Source of the DNA: an uncultured virus (IMG/VR IMGVR_UViG_3300000956_000008)
Taxonomy: Duplodnaviria; Heunggongvirae; Uroviricota; Caudoviricetes
Direction: 5' to 3' (one strand)
Length of the DNA stretch: 64,000 nt
Virus record (IMG/VR): IMGVR_UViG_3300000956_000008
Part shown: positions 63,957-64,000 of the stretch, piece by piece
Layout of the letters: every line of letters begins with the position of its first letter
Numbering within the stretch: position 1 is the stretch's first letter
Made by a program: the position numbers and the translations under genes
The notes under the pieces: generated by a model
Told to the model about the DNA's origin: nothing
Database searches by the model: none
The model's input: the letters and a program-made list of their open reading frames with translations, nothing else

Positions 63957-64000
63957 ATGTTAGTGGCAGCAAGCGTAACTGCCTGACATACTGTATTTCA

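Noticed and set aside
1..64000. Prophage/lysogeny module or transposon
   Set aside because: No integrase, repressor, transposase or host genes seen

Overview
The window is about two-thirds of a lytic contractile-tailed phage genome. Gene order and content resemble Pseudomonas myoviruses related to PAK_P1/phiPsa374; this taxonomy and host are inference. Nearly all genes are on the minus strand. Layout: non-coding end/regulatory region (1-400, 630-820); small accessory genes (0.4-8.4 kb); nucleotide metabolism and replication genes (nrdA/nrdB, glutaredoxin, thyX, exonuclease, SSB, family A polymerase, primase-helicase; 8.4-24.6 kb); a short plus-strand island with an RNA ligase (28.8-31 kb); lysis, tailspike, two tail fibres, baseplate, tail and head genes, portal and terminase (31-58.9 kb); an SGNH hydrolase; and 22 tRNA genes (60.6-64 kb). 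Two candidate undescribed systems stand out. (1) A coiled-coil protein gene (25672-26289) has its own promoter and is followed by a ~320-nt ORF-free, end-paired structured RNA carrying ~7-nt AAAG repeats, then a terminator. (2) Four paralogous small proteins share a helical scaffold and a W-x-[AS]-S-x(2-3)-C motif, C-terminal in three of them; they cluster with a nucleotidyltransferase-fold enzyme, a MazG-like enzyme and glutaredoxin (3748-7287). Also notable are a PL7 alginate lyase, a CoaB-like enzyme, a 300-nt structured leader, Fur-box-like sites and several atypical tRNAs. Family names come from motif recognition only; no searches were run.
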